Positions 7,465 to 16,301 of a stretch of 64,000 bases of DNA are shown here, piece by piece. Origin of the DNA: a virus. Where the stretch lies: IMG/VR virus record IMGVR_UViG_3300045988_126140, positions 1 to 64,000 of that record. One strand, written 5' to 3'. The position numbers and the translations under genes were made by a program. The first letter of the stretch is position 1, and each line of letters begins with the position of its first letter. The notes below the pieces were generated by a model. It was not told the DNA's origin and made no database searches. It worked only from the letters and a program-made list of their open reading frames with translations.

Positions 7465-9366
7465 ATGGATAGACACTGCAAAATTTGTGGGAAGAAACTA
7501 ACGGATGGGGACAATATAAAAAGGGAATTATGTAATAAGCATTATTTACAGATAAAAAAATATGGATTTCCATGGGACGATAATAGAAGAACAGAAATAG
7601 ATTTAAATGAATATGAAGAATATCCTAAACATTATGAAATGAAGTTATATGATGAATTTCAAGAGGAACTAGAAGATAAAGTTTTAATTGATAAAGATGA
7701 TTATGAATTAATAAAAGATATTAGATGGAATAAAAGGAGAACTTCTGTTGTGGCAAAAATTAATGGTAAAACTATACCTTTACAAAATTACATATTAAAT
7801 ACAGACGAAAAAATAAACTTTGTGTCACAAGATATACTAGACTGTAGAAGAAATAATTTATATATTAAAAAGAAAAAAGATAAAAAGCATAAACATTATG
7901 ATATATCTAAAAAGAATAAAGATAAAATTATAATAGATTTTGCAGGGAGTAGTAAAACACAAGTAACAGGGAGTGCAATAATTGTATCTTATCCAGTAGG
8001 TGATAATAAATATGAAAGATTGTTAGTTGAATTTGGACAAAGTCAAGGTAATGGAGGTTTATATGACGAATATAAAGCTAATAAGGGGGTGGTTGATGAT
8101 GTGTTAAGTAGAATAGACAATCTACAAGCTTGTTTTATTCTACATACACATCTTTAACTAGACCATATTGGAAATCTCCCGTCTTTAATAAATAATCATA
8201 TATCAGTACCTTTAATAACTACTAGAGAAAATAGATTACTATTAGAACCGTTATTACTTGATGGGGCATACATAATAGAAAGAAATGTTAAAGCATTGCA
8301 AAAGCAGAAATATAAAGTAGAACCTTTATATAGTGAAAGCGATGTATATCTACTAATGAATAATGTAATAGATAAAGAAATGCATAAAGTATATAAATTA
8401 AATGACAGAGTAAGTTATGAGTTTGTCAATTCTGGGCATATTTTAGGTGGCTGTCAATTGATTCTTTACATAAAAACTCTATCTGGAAACACTAAAAAAA
8501 TTCATATAACATCAGATTTAGGTAGTAATTATAATAAAGCACCATTTGTATTAAAAAGGGATAATATACAATCCTCTAGTGTAAGTATAGTTGAAGGAAC
8601 GTACAATGACTTAGACAGAGGTTTTAAATCTAAAAAACAAGTGGAAAAGGAAAGAATTAAATTAAAAGAAATAATTAAAAAAGAATTAAGTAAAAACAAA
8701 AGAATATTATTTGGGGCATTTGCACAGTCAAGAACTCAAAACTTAATGATATATTTGTATGAATATTTTAAAGACGACCCTAATTTCGATACGAAGATAT
8801 ATGTAGATGGGAAACTATGTCATTCTATTACTAATGCTTATTTAGAAATATTACAAGGTGAAGAAAAAGAATATTTTAGAGAAGTGTTAAATTGGAAAAA
8901 TTTTATTTATGTAAAGGATTATCAAAATAGCTTGAGTGTAGCAACTAATAATGAAAAGAAAATTGTTATCTCTGGTGGTGGTATGTATACACAAGGGCGA
9001 ATATTAAACCATTTAAAAACAATGGTGGAGGATAAAGATTCTACTATTATAATGGTTGGGTATTGTGGAATAGGTACTATAGGTAGAGAACTTCAAAGAA
9101 AAGACAATAAAACTATAAAAATAGAAGGATTAGAATATAAGAAAAAATGCAAAATATATGAAATGAATACTTGGTCATCTCATATAATGGCTAACGAGAA
9201 TATAGATTTTATGTGTAACATAAATACACCGTTAATATTAATACATCATAGTGATAAAGACGGTAAATATAAATTTAGAGATGTTATAGAAGATGAATTA
9301 AGAACTAAAGGTAATAGTGCTAAAATAATAGCAGTCGATGAGAATAATTCAGTGTTTTTTATTTAA
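7465..9366 (+). CDS. beta-CASP metallo-beta-lactamase-fold nuclease with an N-terminal HNH-like zinc module, interrupted by an in-frame TAA at 8155-8157
   Basis: Track ORFs 7465-8157 and 8296-9366 share one frame, and the frame stays open from 8158. Motifs are ..ILHTHL*LDHIGNLP (HxHxDH split by the stop), NSGHILGG, ITSDLG, VEGTYN (beta-CASP A), WSSHI (B), LILIHHSD (C). The N-terminus has CKICG..CNKHYLQIKKYG plus ..DILDCRRNNL. Confidence 0.7.
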
Positions 9367-9377
9367 GGAGGGATGTA

Positions 9378-10013
9378 ATGAATAATTTAATTGTAATTGA
9401 AAATAATGAGCAATTAATTAGCTTACGTAAACTATATGACGCATTAGAAATAAAAAGTAAATTCAATGATTGGAAAAATAGAATGTTTTCTTATGGATAC
9501 GAAGAAAATATAGATTATATAGCTGTTACTCAAAAAAAAGTAACAGCTCAAGGTAATAGTTCTGAATACATAGACTATTATTTAAAAATAGATGTAGCAA
9601 AAGAAGTATGTATGATTCAAAGAAATGATAAGGGGAGAGAATTTAGAAGGTATTTTATTGAAGTTGAAAAGGCATATAACGATTTACAATTTAGAATAGG
9701 AGATAAAAAACATCAACTTAAATGTATGGAGATGTTGCAAGATTTTTTACCAGAAGAATTAAAGCAGGAAAAAATATCGTATATAAAAGCAAATACTGTA
9801 GTTAATAAATGTACCAGCAATTATTTCGGCTTCCCTAAGATGTTAAAGAAGGTTGAGATGAATGATGAAATGTTAAAAGTAAGAGAAGAAATACTAGATG
9901 ATTATCTAAAATTATTCGAGGTATTACAAGATAATGGTGAGGTCAAAGAAGCTTTATATAAAAAATATGATAAACGAAAATTATTATTAGAATCAAAAAA
10001 TGAAAATAATTAA
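9378..10013 (+). CDS. AntA/AntB-type antirepressor
   Basis: LISLRKLYDALEIKSKFNDWKNRMFSYGYEENIDY .. DVAKEVCMIQRNDKGREFRRYFIEVEK matches the AntA domain pattern. Ends ..NENN in the 15-mer. Confidence 0.75.
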   Translation: MNNLIVIENNEQLISLRKLYDALEIKSKFNDWKNRMFSYGYEENIDYIAVTQKKVTAQGNSSEYIDYYLKIDVAKEVCMIQRNDKGREFRRYFIEVEKAYNDLQFRIGDKKHQLKCMEMLQDFLPEELKQEKISYIKANTVVNKCTSNYFGFPKMLKKVEMNDEMLKVREEILDDYLKLFEVLQDNGEVKEALYKKYDKRKLLLESKNENN

Positions 10014-10017
10014 TAAA
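10003..10017 (+). repeat. 15-mer (exact)
   Basis: Overlaps an ..ENN stop. Followed by P4. Confidence 0.95.
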
Positions 10018-10022
10018 ATGTA

Positions 10023-10050
10023 TTGACATTATATTCCAATATGATATAAT
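10023..10050 (+). promoter_or_regulatory. sigma-A-type promoter P4
   Basis: TTGACA at 10023-10028 and TGATATAAT at 10042-10050. Confidence 0.7.
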
Positions 10051-10073
10051 TATTAATATAAGGAGGTGTTGAT

Positions 10074-10238
10074 ATGAGTATAGAAGAATTAAAAGATTTA
10101 TTACATAAGTTAGACTCCAATGAAGTATGTGAGTTATTATCTAATAAACAATGTGAGAAGTGTTTCTTTTATTATAAAGACACTAAAGAATGCATCAAGA
10201 CAGTATTCGTAGAAGGAACATTGGGAGAGTTAGAATAG
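10074..10238 (+). CDS. hypothetical 54-aa Cys-motif protein
   Basis: First ORF after promoter 10023-10050, with an AGGAGGTG SD. Contains CEKCFFYYKDTKEC. Confidence 0.55.
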   Translation: MSIEELKDLLHKLDSNEVCELLSNKQCEKCFFYYKDTKECIKTVFVEGTLGELE

Positions 10239-10269
10239 AAGGAATGTTAAATGAAATAGGAAGTAAATA

Positions 10270-10284
10270 AAAATAATTAATAAA
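10270..10284 (+). repeat. 15-mer (exact)
   Basis: Followed by an SD. Confidence 0.95.
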
Positions 10285-10300
10285 AAGGAGAGATGTTGAT

Positions 10301-10477
10301 ATGATAAAATTAATAACTAATGGTAGTTTAGAAGTAGTGAAAGTTTATAATACAATATACTCTGCAAGAATGGATTTGAGACAAAGAAATGCAGAAAAAT
10401 ACTTAGTTGAATATTGTGATAAAATATATGGCATCAATAGATTCTTAGCATTAATAGAAGGAGGTGAAGAGAAATGA
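10301..10477 (+). CDS. hypothetical 58-aa protein
   Basis: AAAGGAGAG SD directly after the 15-mer at 10270-10284. Its stop overlaps the next start (ATGA). Confidence 0.55.
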   Translation: MIKLITNGSLEVVKVYNTIYSARMDLRQRNAEKYLVEYCDKIYGINRFLALIEGGEEK

Positions 10478-10623
10478 ATTTAAAAGATTTGATTATAAGA
10501 TGTATTATTATAATCTTATCTCTAGTATTAATTTTTCGAGTAGAATTTGTAACTCCTTATGTAGTAGTTTTAGTGTCATTAATAATAGGTGAGATAATAT
10601 ATAGTTTAAGATATAAAAAATAA
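10474..10623 (+). CDS. 49-aa membrane peptide
   Basis: ATGA-coupled to the previous ORF. Two hydrophobic stretches (IIRCIIIILSLVLIF, VVVLVSLIIGEII). Confidence 0.5.
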   Translation: MNLKDLIIRCIIIILSLVLIFRVEFVTPYVVVLVSLIIGEIIYSLRYKK

Positions 10624-10628
10624 TAATT

Positions 10629-10660
10629 CATAGGTAATTTTATATGTGGTCATGTTAATA
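10629..10660 (+). promoter_or_regulatory. phage-specific promoter C2
   Basis: CATAGGTAATTT at 10629-10640 and TGTTAATA at 10653-10660. Confidence 0.65.
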
Positions 10661-10721
10661 CACTAATATAAGAGGTGATTAAAATGTAAAATATATGAAA
10701 TGCCAAAATAAAATATTAATA

Positions 10722-10736
10722 AAAATAATTAATAAA
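10722..10736 (+). repeat. 15-mer (exact)
   Basis: At the end of the C2 leader. Followed by an SD. Confidence 0.95.
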
Positions 10737-10750
10737 GGAGAGATGTGTAT

Positions 10751-11878
10751 ATGAGTAATTTAAACTTCGTTATGGTAGGTAGATTATCAATTGCACCAGA
10801 TAGAGAAAATAGAAAAGCTTTTAGCGATAAATTATTAAATAGTGGTTGTAATATTAGACAATTTTATTTGAATATGAAATGTGATAAAGATAACTTTAAT
10901 CTTCAAATAAAATCTTTCATGAATAATGTTAAAAGAACTTCAGATGGAACACTTAATGTTAATGATTCAACTATATATACCATATTAGATAATGACGGTA
11001 AATATGAATCAACTAACTTTAAATATAAAGATAAAGATAAATATGAAGATAGAATCGCAAACTTCCGTAAACTGGTATTTGTAGACGAAAACGAAGAAAG
11101 AGTAGAGTGCAGTAATGAATTTGATTATTCAATGGCAGTGCACTCAATATTAAAATCAGATGCTTATAAAGACAAAAAATTTAAAGTACAAGGTAATATA
11201 GAATATTCAAGTTATACTAATCCTAAAACACACGAAGAAAAGATTTATACAAATTACAATGTGCAAAGAATATATGTTATAAATGACGAGGCAGAAGAAA
11301 AAGCATTAGCAAACGTAGAATTTTATATAACAGAAGATTGTTTAGACGATAGCAGATTAGAAGAAGAGAATCTATTAGTTATAAATGGATATATACCAGA
11401 GTATAATTCTAAGAAAAAGGCTGATATAGGATTTTATCAATCATTTGAATACCCATTAGGTGAGGATAGTGAGAAAGCTAAGAAAATGGCTAAATTAATA
11501 GATAAAATGTTATTAGATAACTTTGACGATAATGAATTATGTAAAATGGGGTATAGAGTTAATTTAATAAATAGAAGAGAAGAAGTACCATTTAATGAAG
11601 ATATGTTAAGTGATGAAGAAAAAGAACTTGTTAAATACGGATTAATGGACATTGAAGATTTGAAACAGCAATATGGTGTAGGAATGGGTAGTATGCAAAG
11701 AAGAATGGAAATATCTTCAATAGGTAGAGGATATAGTAAAGGAGCAATACCAGTACCTTTAACATTAAACGAGTTATTAAGTAAAGGTGATGAACCTAAG
11801 AAAGAATTAGTGGACGAGGACGGAGACTTAGATATACTTGGTGAAGAAGATAACGACGATGATTTATTCGATTTTTAG
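10751..11878 (+). CDS. putative single-stranded DNA-binding protein (atypical, 375 aa) with an acidic C-terminal tip
   Basis: N-terminal NFVMVGRLSI resembles an SSB OB-fold start. The C-terminus ..EEDNDDDLFDF mimics the SSB DDDIPF tip. Lies beside recombination genes. ATG 10751 is preferred over the track start 10745. Confidence 0.5.
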   Translation: MSNLNFVMVGRLSIAPDRENRKAFSDKLLNSGCNIRQFYLNMKCDKDNFNLQIKSFMNNVKRTSDGTLNVNDSTIYTILDNDGKYESTNFKYKDKDKYEDRIANFRKLVFVDENEERVECSNEFDYSMAVHSILKSDAYKDKKFKVQGNIEYSSYTNPKTHEEKIYTNYNVQRIYVINDEAEEKALANVEFYITEDCLDDSRLEEENLLVINGYIPEYNSKKKADIGFYQSFEYPLGEDSEKAKKMAKLIDKMLLDNFDDNELCKMGYRVNLINRREEVPFNEDMLSDEEKELVKYGLMDIEDLKQQYGVGMGSMQRRMEISSIGRGYSKGAIPVPLTLNELLSKGDEPKKELVDEDGDLDILGEEDNDDDLFDF

Positions 11879-11882
11879 ATTG

Positions 11883-11897
11883 AAAATAATTAATAAA
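11883..11897 (+). repeat. 15-mer (exact)
   Basis: Followed by hairpin H2. Confidence 0.95.
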
Positions 11898-11904
11898 ATT
11901 ATAA

Positions 11905-11924
11905 AGAGGGAATTAATTCCCTCT
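11905..11924 (+). promoter_or_regulatory. intercistronic GGGA stem-loop H2
   Basis: AGAGGGAATTAATTCCCTCT (perfect palindrome), followed by AGGAAGGAG SD. Confidence 0.5.
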
Positions 11925-11941
11925 AGGAAGGAGTTGGTAAT

Positions 11942-12169
11942 GTGGAAGAGTTGAAGTTATATATTGATTATATCAATACAAAAGATTTATATTTGATTCA
12001 ATTATATAAAATAGATGAAAATGAGGAAGTTTTAGAATACTTAGAAAAATATACAACTCATAACGTATACGGTGCTGTAAATAAAGTAAAAGAAATAACA
12101 AATAGATATCCTAAGATTACAATAATAAGTGAAGATATAAGTTTTAATGTATATTATATGAATAAATAA
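11942..12169 (+). CDS. hypothetical protein (75 aa), GTG start
   Basis: GGAAGGAG SD. The only in-frame start is GTG at 11942. Confidence 0.55.
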   Translation: MEELKLYIDYINTKDLYLIQLYKIDENEEVLEYLEKYTTHNVYGAVNKVKEITNRYPKITIISEDISFNVYYMNK

Positions 12170-12178
12170 ATTTTAAAT

Positions 12179-12210
12179 CATAGGTAATTTTGAAGTTGGA
12201 ATTGTTAATA
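12179..12210 (+). promoter_or_regulatory. phage-specific promoter C3
   Basis: CATAGGTAATTT at 12179-12190 and TGTTAATA at 12203-12210. Confidence 0.65.
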
Positions 12211-12279
12211 CGATAATATAAGGGGTGATTAAAATGTAGAATATATTAGTTATAAGATATAAATAAAAATAACAAATTA

Positions 12280-12294
12280 AAAATAATTAATAAA
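12280..12294 (+). repeat. 15-mer (exact)
   Basis: At the end of the C3 leader. Followed by an SD. Confidence 0.95.
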
Positions 12295-12306
12295 AGGGTG
12301 ATTGAG

Positions 12307-13557
12307 ATGTATCAGAATGAGGAACATAAGAGAGGAGTAATTGAAAGGGGAGATGGTTACGAATATATAGGAAGTTATTACTGGAATGAAGTGACTATAG
12401 ATGGTAAGAATAAAAAACAAACTAAAAGTTATATAAGAGTAAAATGTCCCTATTGCAGTAAAGAATATGATATAGATGTTTATTCTTTTGTTAAAGGAAA
12501 TAAATCAAAATGTAATTATTGTTGTAATTTTTATGAAAAATCTTTTGCCTATCATATTCAACAAGAATTACAAGAATCACTTAATAAATATTGGGATTGG
12601 GAGAAAAATACAGTTAATCCTTATTTGATAAATAAAAATTATAAAAAAAAGGTAGTTATTAAATGTGATAAGAAAGATTATCATAATGATTTTGGAGGTT
12701 ATGAGGTTAAGCCAATAGATTTTATAAAAGGTGTCAGATGCCCTTATTGTCATAACTTTAAAGTACATCCTAAAGATTCATTCGCACAATGGGGGATAGA
12801 TACTTTTGGCGAAGATTTCTTAAAAAGATATTGGTCGCCTAAGAACACAATCAATCCATGGGAAATAAAGCCAGGTAGTGATAAGAAAGTATGGTTATTA
12901 TGTCAAGAAAAAGATTATCATAATGATAACGGTGGATATTTAATATGTTGTGAACATTTTCATAGTGGCGTAAGATGTACTTATTGTGGAAAAAATGGCA
13001 AATTGCATAAATTAGATAGCTTTGCTTATTTATATCCCGAAAAAGCCAAATATTGGGATTATAAAAAGAATAATAAATCTCCTTATGAGGTCTCTCCTAG
13101 AAGTCATAAAAAATATAAATTTATATGTGAAAAATGTGGTGAAGAATTTGAAAGAGGCTTAACAGTTTTAAATAAAAGCGATTTAGGTGTTGTTTGTAAT
13201 AATTGTAATTCATCTGTATTAGAAAAAAATACTGCAAAGATACTTAATAAATATAATATTAAATATTATAAAGAATATATATTTAATGATTTAATAGGTG
13301 TTGGTAATAATAATTTAAGATTTGATTTTTATCTACCAGATTATAAGTTACTTATTGAATGTCAAGGAATACAACATAAGATATGGCAGAGAACGTGGAT
13401 GAGTAAAAAGGAATTTAAAATAATATTAGAGCATGATAAACGTAAGGAGGAGTATTGTAAAAGAAATAATATTGAACTAATAAAGATTTGGTATTATGAT
13501 ATCGACAATATTGAAGAAATATTGACACATAGATTGAATTTAAATAAAAATAATTAA
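12307..13557 (+). CDS. triple zinc-ribbon protein with a C-terminal Vsr/PD-(D/E)xK-like endonuclease domain (homing-endonuclease-like)
   Basis: Three repeats of W(D/S)..KN..P....P.S.KK.W..C....YHND.GGY......G.RC.YC (DUF4379-like treble clefs). C-terminal LRFDFYLPDYKLLIECQGIQH. ATG 12307 is preferred. Confidence 0.7.
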   Translation: MYQNEEHKRGVIERGDGYEYIGSYYWNEVTIDGKNKKQTKSYIRVKCPYCSKEYDIDVYSFVKGNKSKCNYCCNFYEKSFAYHIQQELQESLNKYWDWEKNTVNPYLINKNYKKKVVIKCDKKDYHNDFGGYEVKPIDFIKGVRCPYCHNFKVHPKDSFAQWGIDTFGEDFLKRYWSPKNTINPWEIKPGSDKKVWLLCQEKDYHNDNGGYLICCEHFHSGVRCTYCGKNGKLHKLDSFAYLYPEKAKYWDYKKNNKSPYEVSPRSHKKYKFICEKCGEEFERGLTVLNKSDLGVVCNNCNSSVLEKNTAKILNKYNIKYYKEYIFNDLIGVGNNNLRFDFYLPDYKLLIECQGIQHKIWQRTWMSKKEFKIILEHDKRKEEYCKRNNIELIKIWYYDIDNIEEILTHRLNLNKNN

Positions 13558-13561
13558 TAAA
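13547..13561 (+). repeat. 15-mer (exact)
   Basis: Overlaps a ..KNN stop. Followed by an SD. Confidence 0.95.
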
Positions 13562-13576
13562 AGGAGAAGTGATAAT

Positions 13577-14650
13577 ATGGCTATAAAAAGAAATAAAGTG
13601 AAAGTTGATTTAACATCTTACTCACATTATATATTAATGGGTGAAGCGAAAATAGGAAAAACAACAACAGTTTATGAACTAGCAAAACAAGAGTATAGTT
13701 TAGATGAAATGTTATTAATCAGTTGTGGAAATGAACAAGGTTATAAGGCATTACCAGATATACAATACGAAGAAGTTTTAAAATTTAGCAAAAAAGAAGA
13801 TTCAGAAGGTAACAGAGGGTTTGTGCAAGTAGTAGATGATTTGGTTAAGAATTATAAAGAATTAGGCATAAAAATGGTAGTAATAGATACATTAGATACT
13901 TTATTTGATATAGGTATAGAACAAGTCATGGAAGAAAGTAGAAGACAAACAGGTAAACCATCTAAAAGTTTGAACGATTGTTTTGGTGGGTATTCCAGAG
14001 GTAGAGATAGATTATTAGAATTAGTAATGAATGAGATACATAAATTAGATAGATTGCCTGTTGCACTATTTATTTTAGGACATACTAAATATAAAGGTAA
14101 AAAAGATACATTAACAAACGATGAATACGAACAACTTACAACAAATTTAAGATTTGACTTTTATTCACCAATATCTAATTCAGCACAAATGATAGTTAAT
14201 TTAGCAACAGAAAGAGTTATTGAAGATGGCGTGCAAGTAGATGCTAAAAGATATATGTATTTTACTTCTAATGGTTTAATTGATTGTGGGAGTAGATTTG
14301 AAGGTCTACCAGAAAAATTAGAATTATCAGCAGAAAACTTTATGAAAGCATTTAAAATGGGCGTTGAAAATTCATTAAAAAAATCAAAGGTTAAACATAA
14401 TGTAGAAGAATTAAGAAAAGAGGAGAAAAAAGAACAAGAATTAGAAGTTAAACAAGTACAACAAGAAGTTGAACAACAAGAAAAAGCAGAAGAGCAAACA
14501 AATATAGATGAGTTAAAATCTCAATTAAAAGATAAACTTAAAGATACGAATGCTAAGAATATAGTAAAAGAATTTATGAAAGAAAAAGGTGTTAAAAGTG
14601 TTGCATCATTAGATGCTGAACAATTACAAGAAGTATTAACCTTATTATAG
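13577..14650 (+). CDS. AAA_24 / Sak4-like RecA-fold ATPase (recombination mediator)
   Basis: Walker A ILMGEAKIGKTT, Walker B MVVIDTLD, and a K/E-rich C-terminal tail. Confidence 0.65.
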   Translation: MAIKRNKVKVDLTSYSHYILMGEAKIGKTTTVYELAKQEYSLDEMLLISCGNEQGYKALPDIQYEEVLKFSKKEDSEGNRGFVQVVDDLVKNYKELGIKMVVIDTLDTLFDIGIEQVMEESRRQTGKPSKSLNDCFGGYSRGRDRLLELVMNEIHKLDRLPVALFILGHTKYKGKKDTLTNDEYEQLTTNLRFDFYSPISNSAQMIVNLATERVIEDGVQVDAKRYMYFTSNGLIDCGSRFEGLPEKLELSAENFMKAFKMGVENSLKKSKVKHNVEELRKEEKKEQELEVKQVQQEVEQQEKAEEQTNIDELKSQLKDKLKDTNAKNIVKEFMKEKGVKSVASLDAEQLQEVLTLL

Positions 14651-14662
14651 TCAATAAAACGT

Positions 14663-14686
14663 ATAGGGAGTTTTTAAACTCCCTAT
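14663..14686 (+). promoter_or_regulatory. intercistronic GGGAG stem-loop H3
   Basis: ATAGGGAGTTTttAAACTCCCTAT, followed by ..AATAAGGAGG SD. Confidence 0.5.
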
Positions 14687-14708
14687 ATATGAATAAGGAG
14701 GAAGTGTA

Positions 14709-14924
14709 ATGAAAGAAAAACATAGATTAACATTACAAGAGGCAAGAGAACAATATAGAAGTCAAAATCAAAAATGTGAATACTGTGAATTTTGTGGTAA
14801 AGAAGTGGATTTTGAAGACTATGGTGGAGTAATAGTGGACTATGATATTCTATGGTGTTATGTTAAAGATGAAAAATGTGATAATAAACCATGTGAATTT
14901 TATCAAGTAAAAGAAGGTGATTAA
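14709..14924 (+). CDS. hypothetical Cys-rich protein (71 aa)
   Basis: AAGGAGGAAG SD. Contains CEYCEFCG and CDNKPCEFY. Confidence 0.7.
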   Translation: MKEKHRLTLQEAREQYRSQNQKCEYCEFCGKEVDFEDYGGVIVDYDILWCYVKDEKCDNKPCEFYQVKEGD

Positions 14925-15512
14925 ATGTCAAAGTCTAAAATAGTTACTTGTAAATATTGTAAATCTAAAATACCTAAAGATACTGCATATGTAGAAGAGT
15001 ATTTAACTAATAGTTGCGTACTACGAAATAATTATTATTGTAGTGAAGAATGTTTAAATGAAAAACAAAATGAGATTAAGAAAAAAGAATGGTTGAAAAA
15101 AATTAAAAAAGAAAATAGAGAAAAAATTAGAGGTCTATGTAATTTAAATGAGAAAGAAAAGAATATATATTTTCAAAGCACTTATAAAAGTATTACTGAT
15201 AATTTTTCACAAGAAGATATATATGAATTTATTAATAAATATGAAAAAGATATGTTAGACATATTAAATAATATAGATTTTAAAACTGTTAATTCAAGAA
15301 TTAAATATTGTTTATCAATGTTAGAAAATCAATTACAACATTATATAGCCGAGAATCAATTAGACAAACAAGAACCTAAAGAAAAAACAGAAGAAGTTAA
15401 AGAAGTAGAACCAAATTTTGTAGATGAGGATTTCGATATAGTAGTTAATGTAAAGAAAAGAGAGCGTAGAAGCTTAGAACAAATACTGAATGGAGAAATT
15501 AATAATGAATAG
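14925..15512 (+). CDS. hypothetical protein (195 aa), N-terminal zinc-ribbon-like CKYC..CSEEC
   Basis: Start abuts the previous stop (TAAATG). Confidence 0.7.
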   Translation: MSKSKIVTCKYCKSKIPKDTAYVEEYLTNSCVLRNNYYCSEECLNEKQNEIKKKEWLKKIKKENREKIRGLCNLNEKEKNIYFQSTYKSITDNFSQEDIYEFINKYEKDMLDILNNIDFKTVNSRIKYCLSMLENQLQHYIAENQLDKQEPKEKTEEVKEVEPNFVDEDFDIVVNVKKRERRSLEQILNGEINNE

Positions 15513-16269
15513 AATAGGGGAGAAAAAATTAAACAATTTTGGGAGTGAAATTATAATTGTAGATTATAGAAAATATTCAGACATAGATGTTTATTTTCCT
15601 CAATATGACTGGGTTGCTAAAGGAGTGCAATATGGAAATTTTAAAAATGGCAAAATTAAATGCCCTTATGAAAGAAGTATTTATGGTGTAGGTTATTTAG
15701 GAGAAGGTAAATATAATCCTTATGAAAACAGAAGAGCCACTAAGGTATATGCTACTTGGAAGGATATGTTAAAAAGATGTTATGATGAAAAATATCAAGA
15801 AAAATATTCAACTTATAAAAATTGCAGTGTTACTAAAGAATGGCATAATTTTCAAAACTTTGCTGAATGGTATTATAATAACTATTATGAGATTGAAGGA
15901 GAAACAATGTGTCTTGACAAGGATATCTTATATAAACATAATAAAGTTTATAGTCCTAAGACGTGTGTATTCGTACCACAAGCTATAAATAAATTATTTG
16001 TTAAAAGAGATAATGATAGAGGTGAATCAGTTATTGGGACATATCCTTTTCAAGGGAAATATGTAGCACAATGTAGCATTATTAATCTAAAAACAGGTAA
16101 ATCAAAACACGAATATTTAGGTTATTATACTACTCAAGAGAAAGCATTTGAAGTGTATAAATATTATAAGGAAAAGAATATTGAGGAAGTTGCTGATTAT
16201 TATAAAGGTTTAGTCCCAGAAAGATTATATAATGCGTTATACAACTACGAAGTCGAAATAACAGATTAA
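15505..16269 (+). CDS. HNH/AP2-type homing-endonuclease-like protein (copy 3)
   Basis: Family signature as for 3626-4411. ATG 15505 lies 9 nt after GGAG and overlaps the upstream stop. A 14/15 copy of the 15-mer begins in the stop codon. Confidence 0.8.
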   Translation: MNRIGEKKLNNFGSEIIIVDYRKYSDIDVYFPQYDWVAKGVQYGNFKNGKIKCPYERSIYGVGYLGEGKYNPYENRRATKVYATWKDMLKRCYDEKYQEKYSTYKNCSVTKEWHNFQNFAEWYYNNYYEIEGETMCLDKDILYKHNKVYSPKTCVFVPQAINKLFVKRDNDRGESVIGTYPFQGKYVAQCSIINLKTGKSKHEYLGYYTTQEKAFEVYKYYKEKNIEEVADYYKGLVPERLYNALYNYEVEITD

Positions 16270-16301
16270 AAATAATTAATAACAAAATAGGAGTTGATAT
16301 T

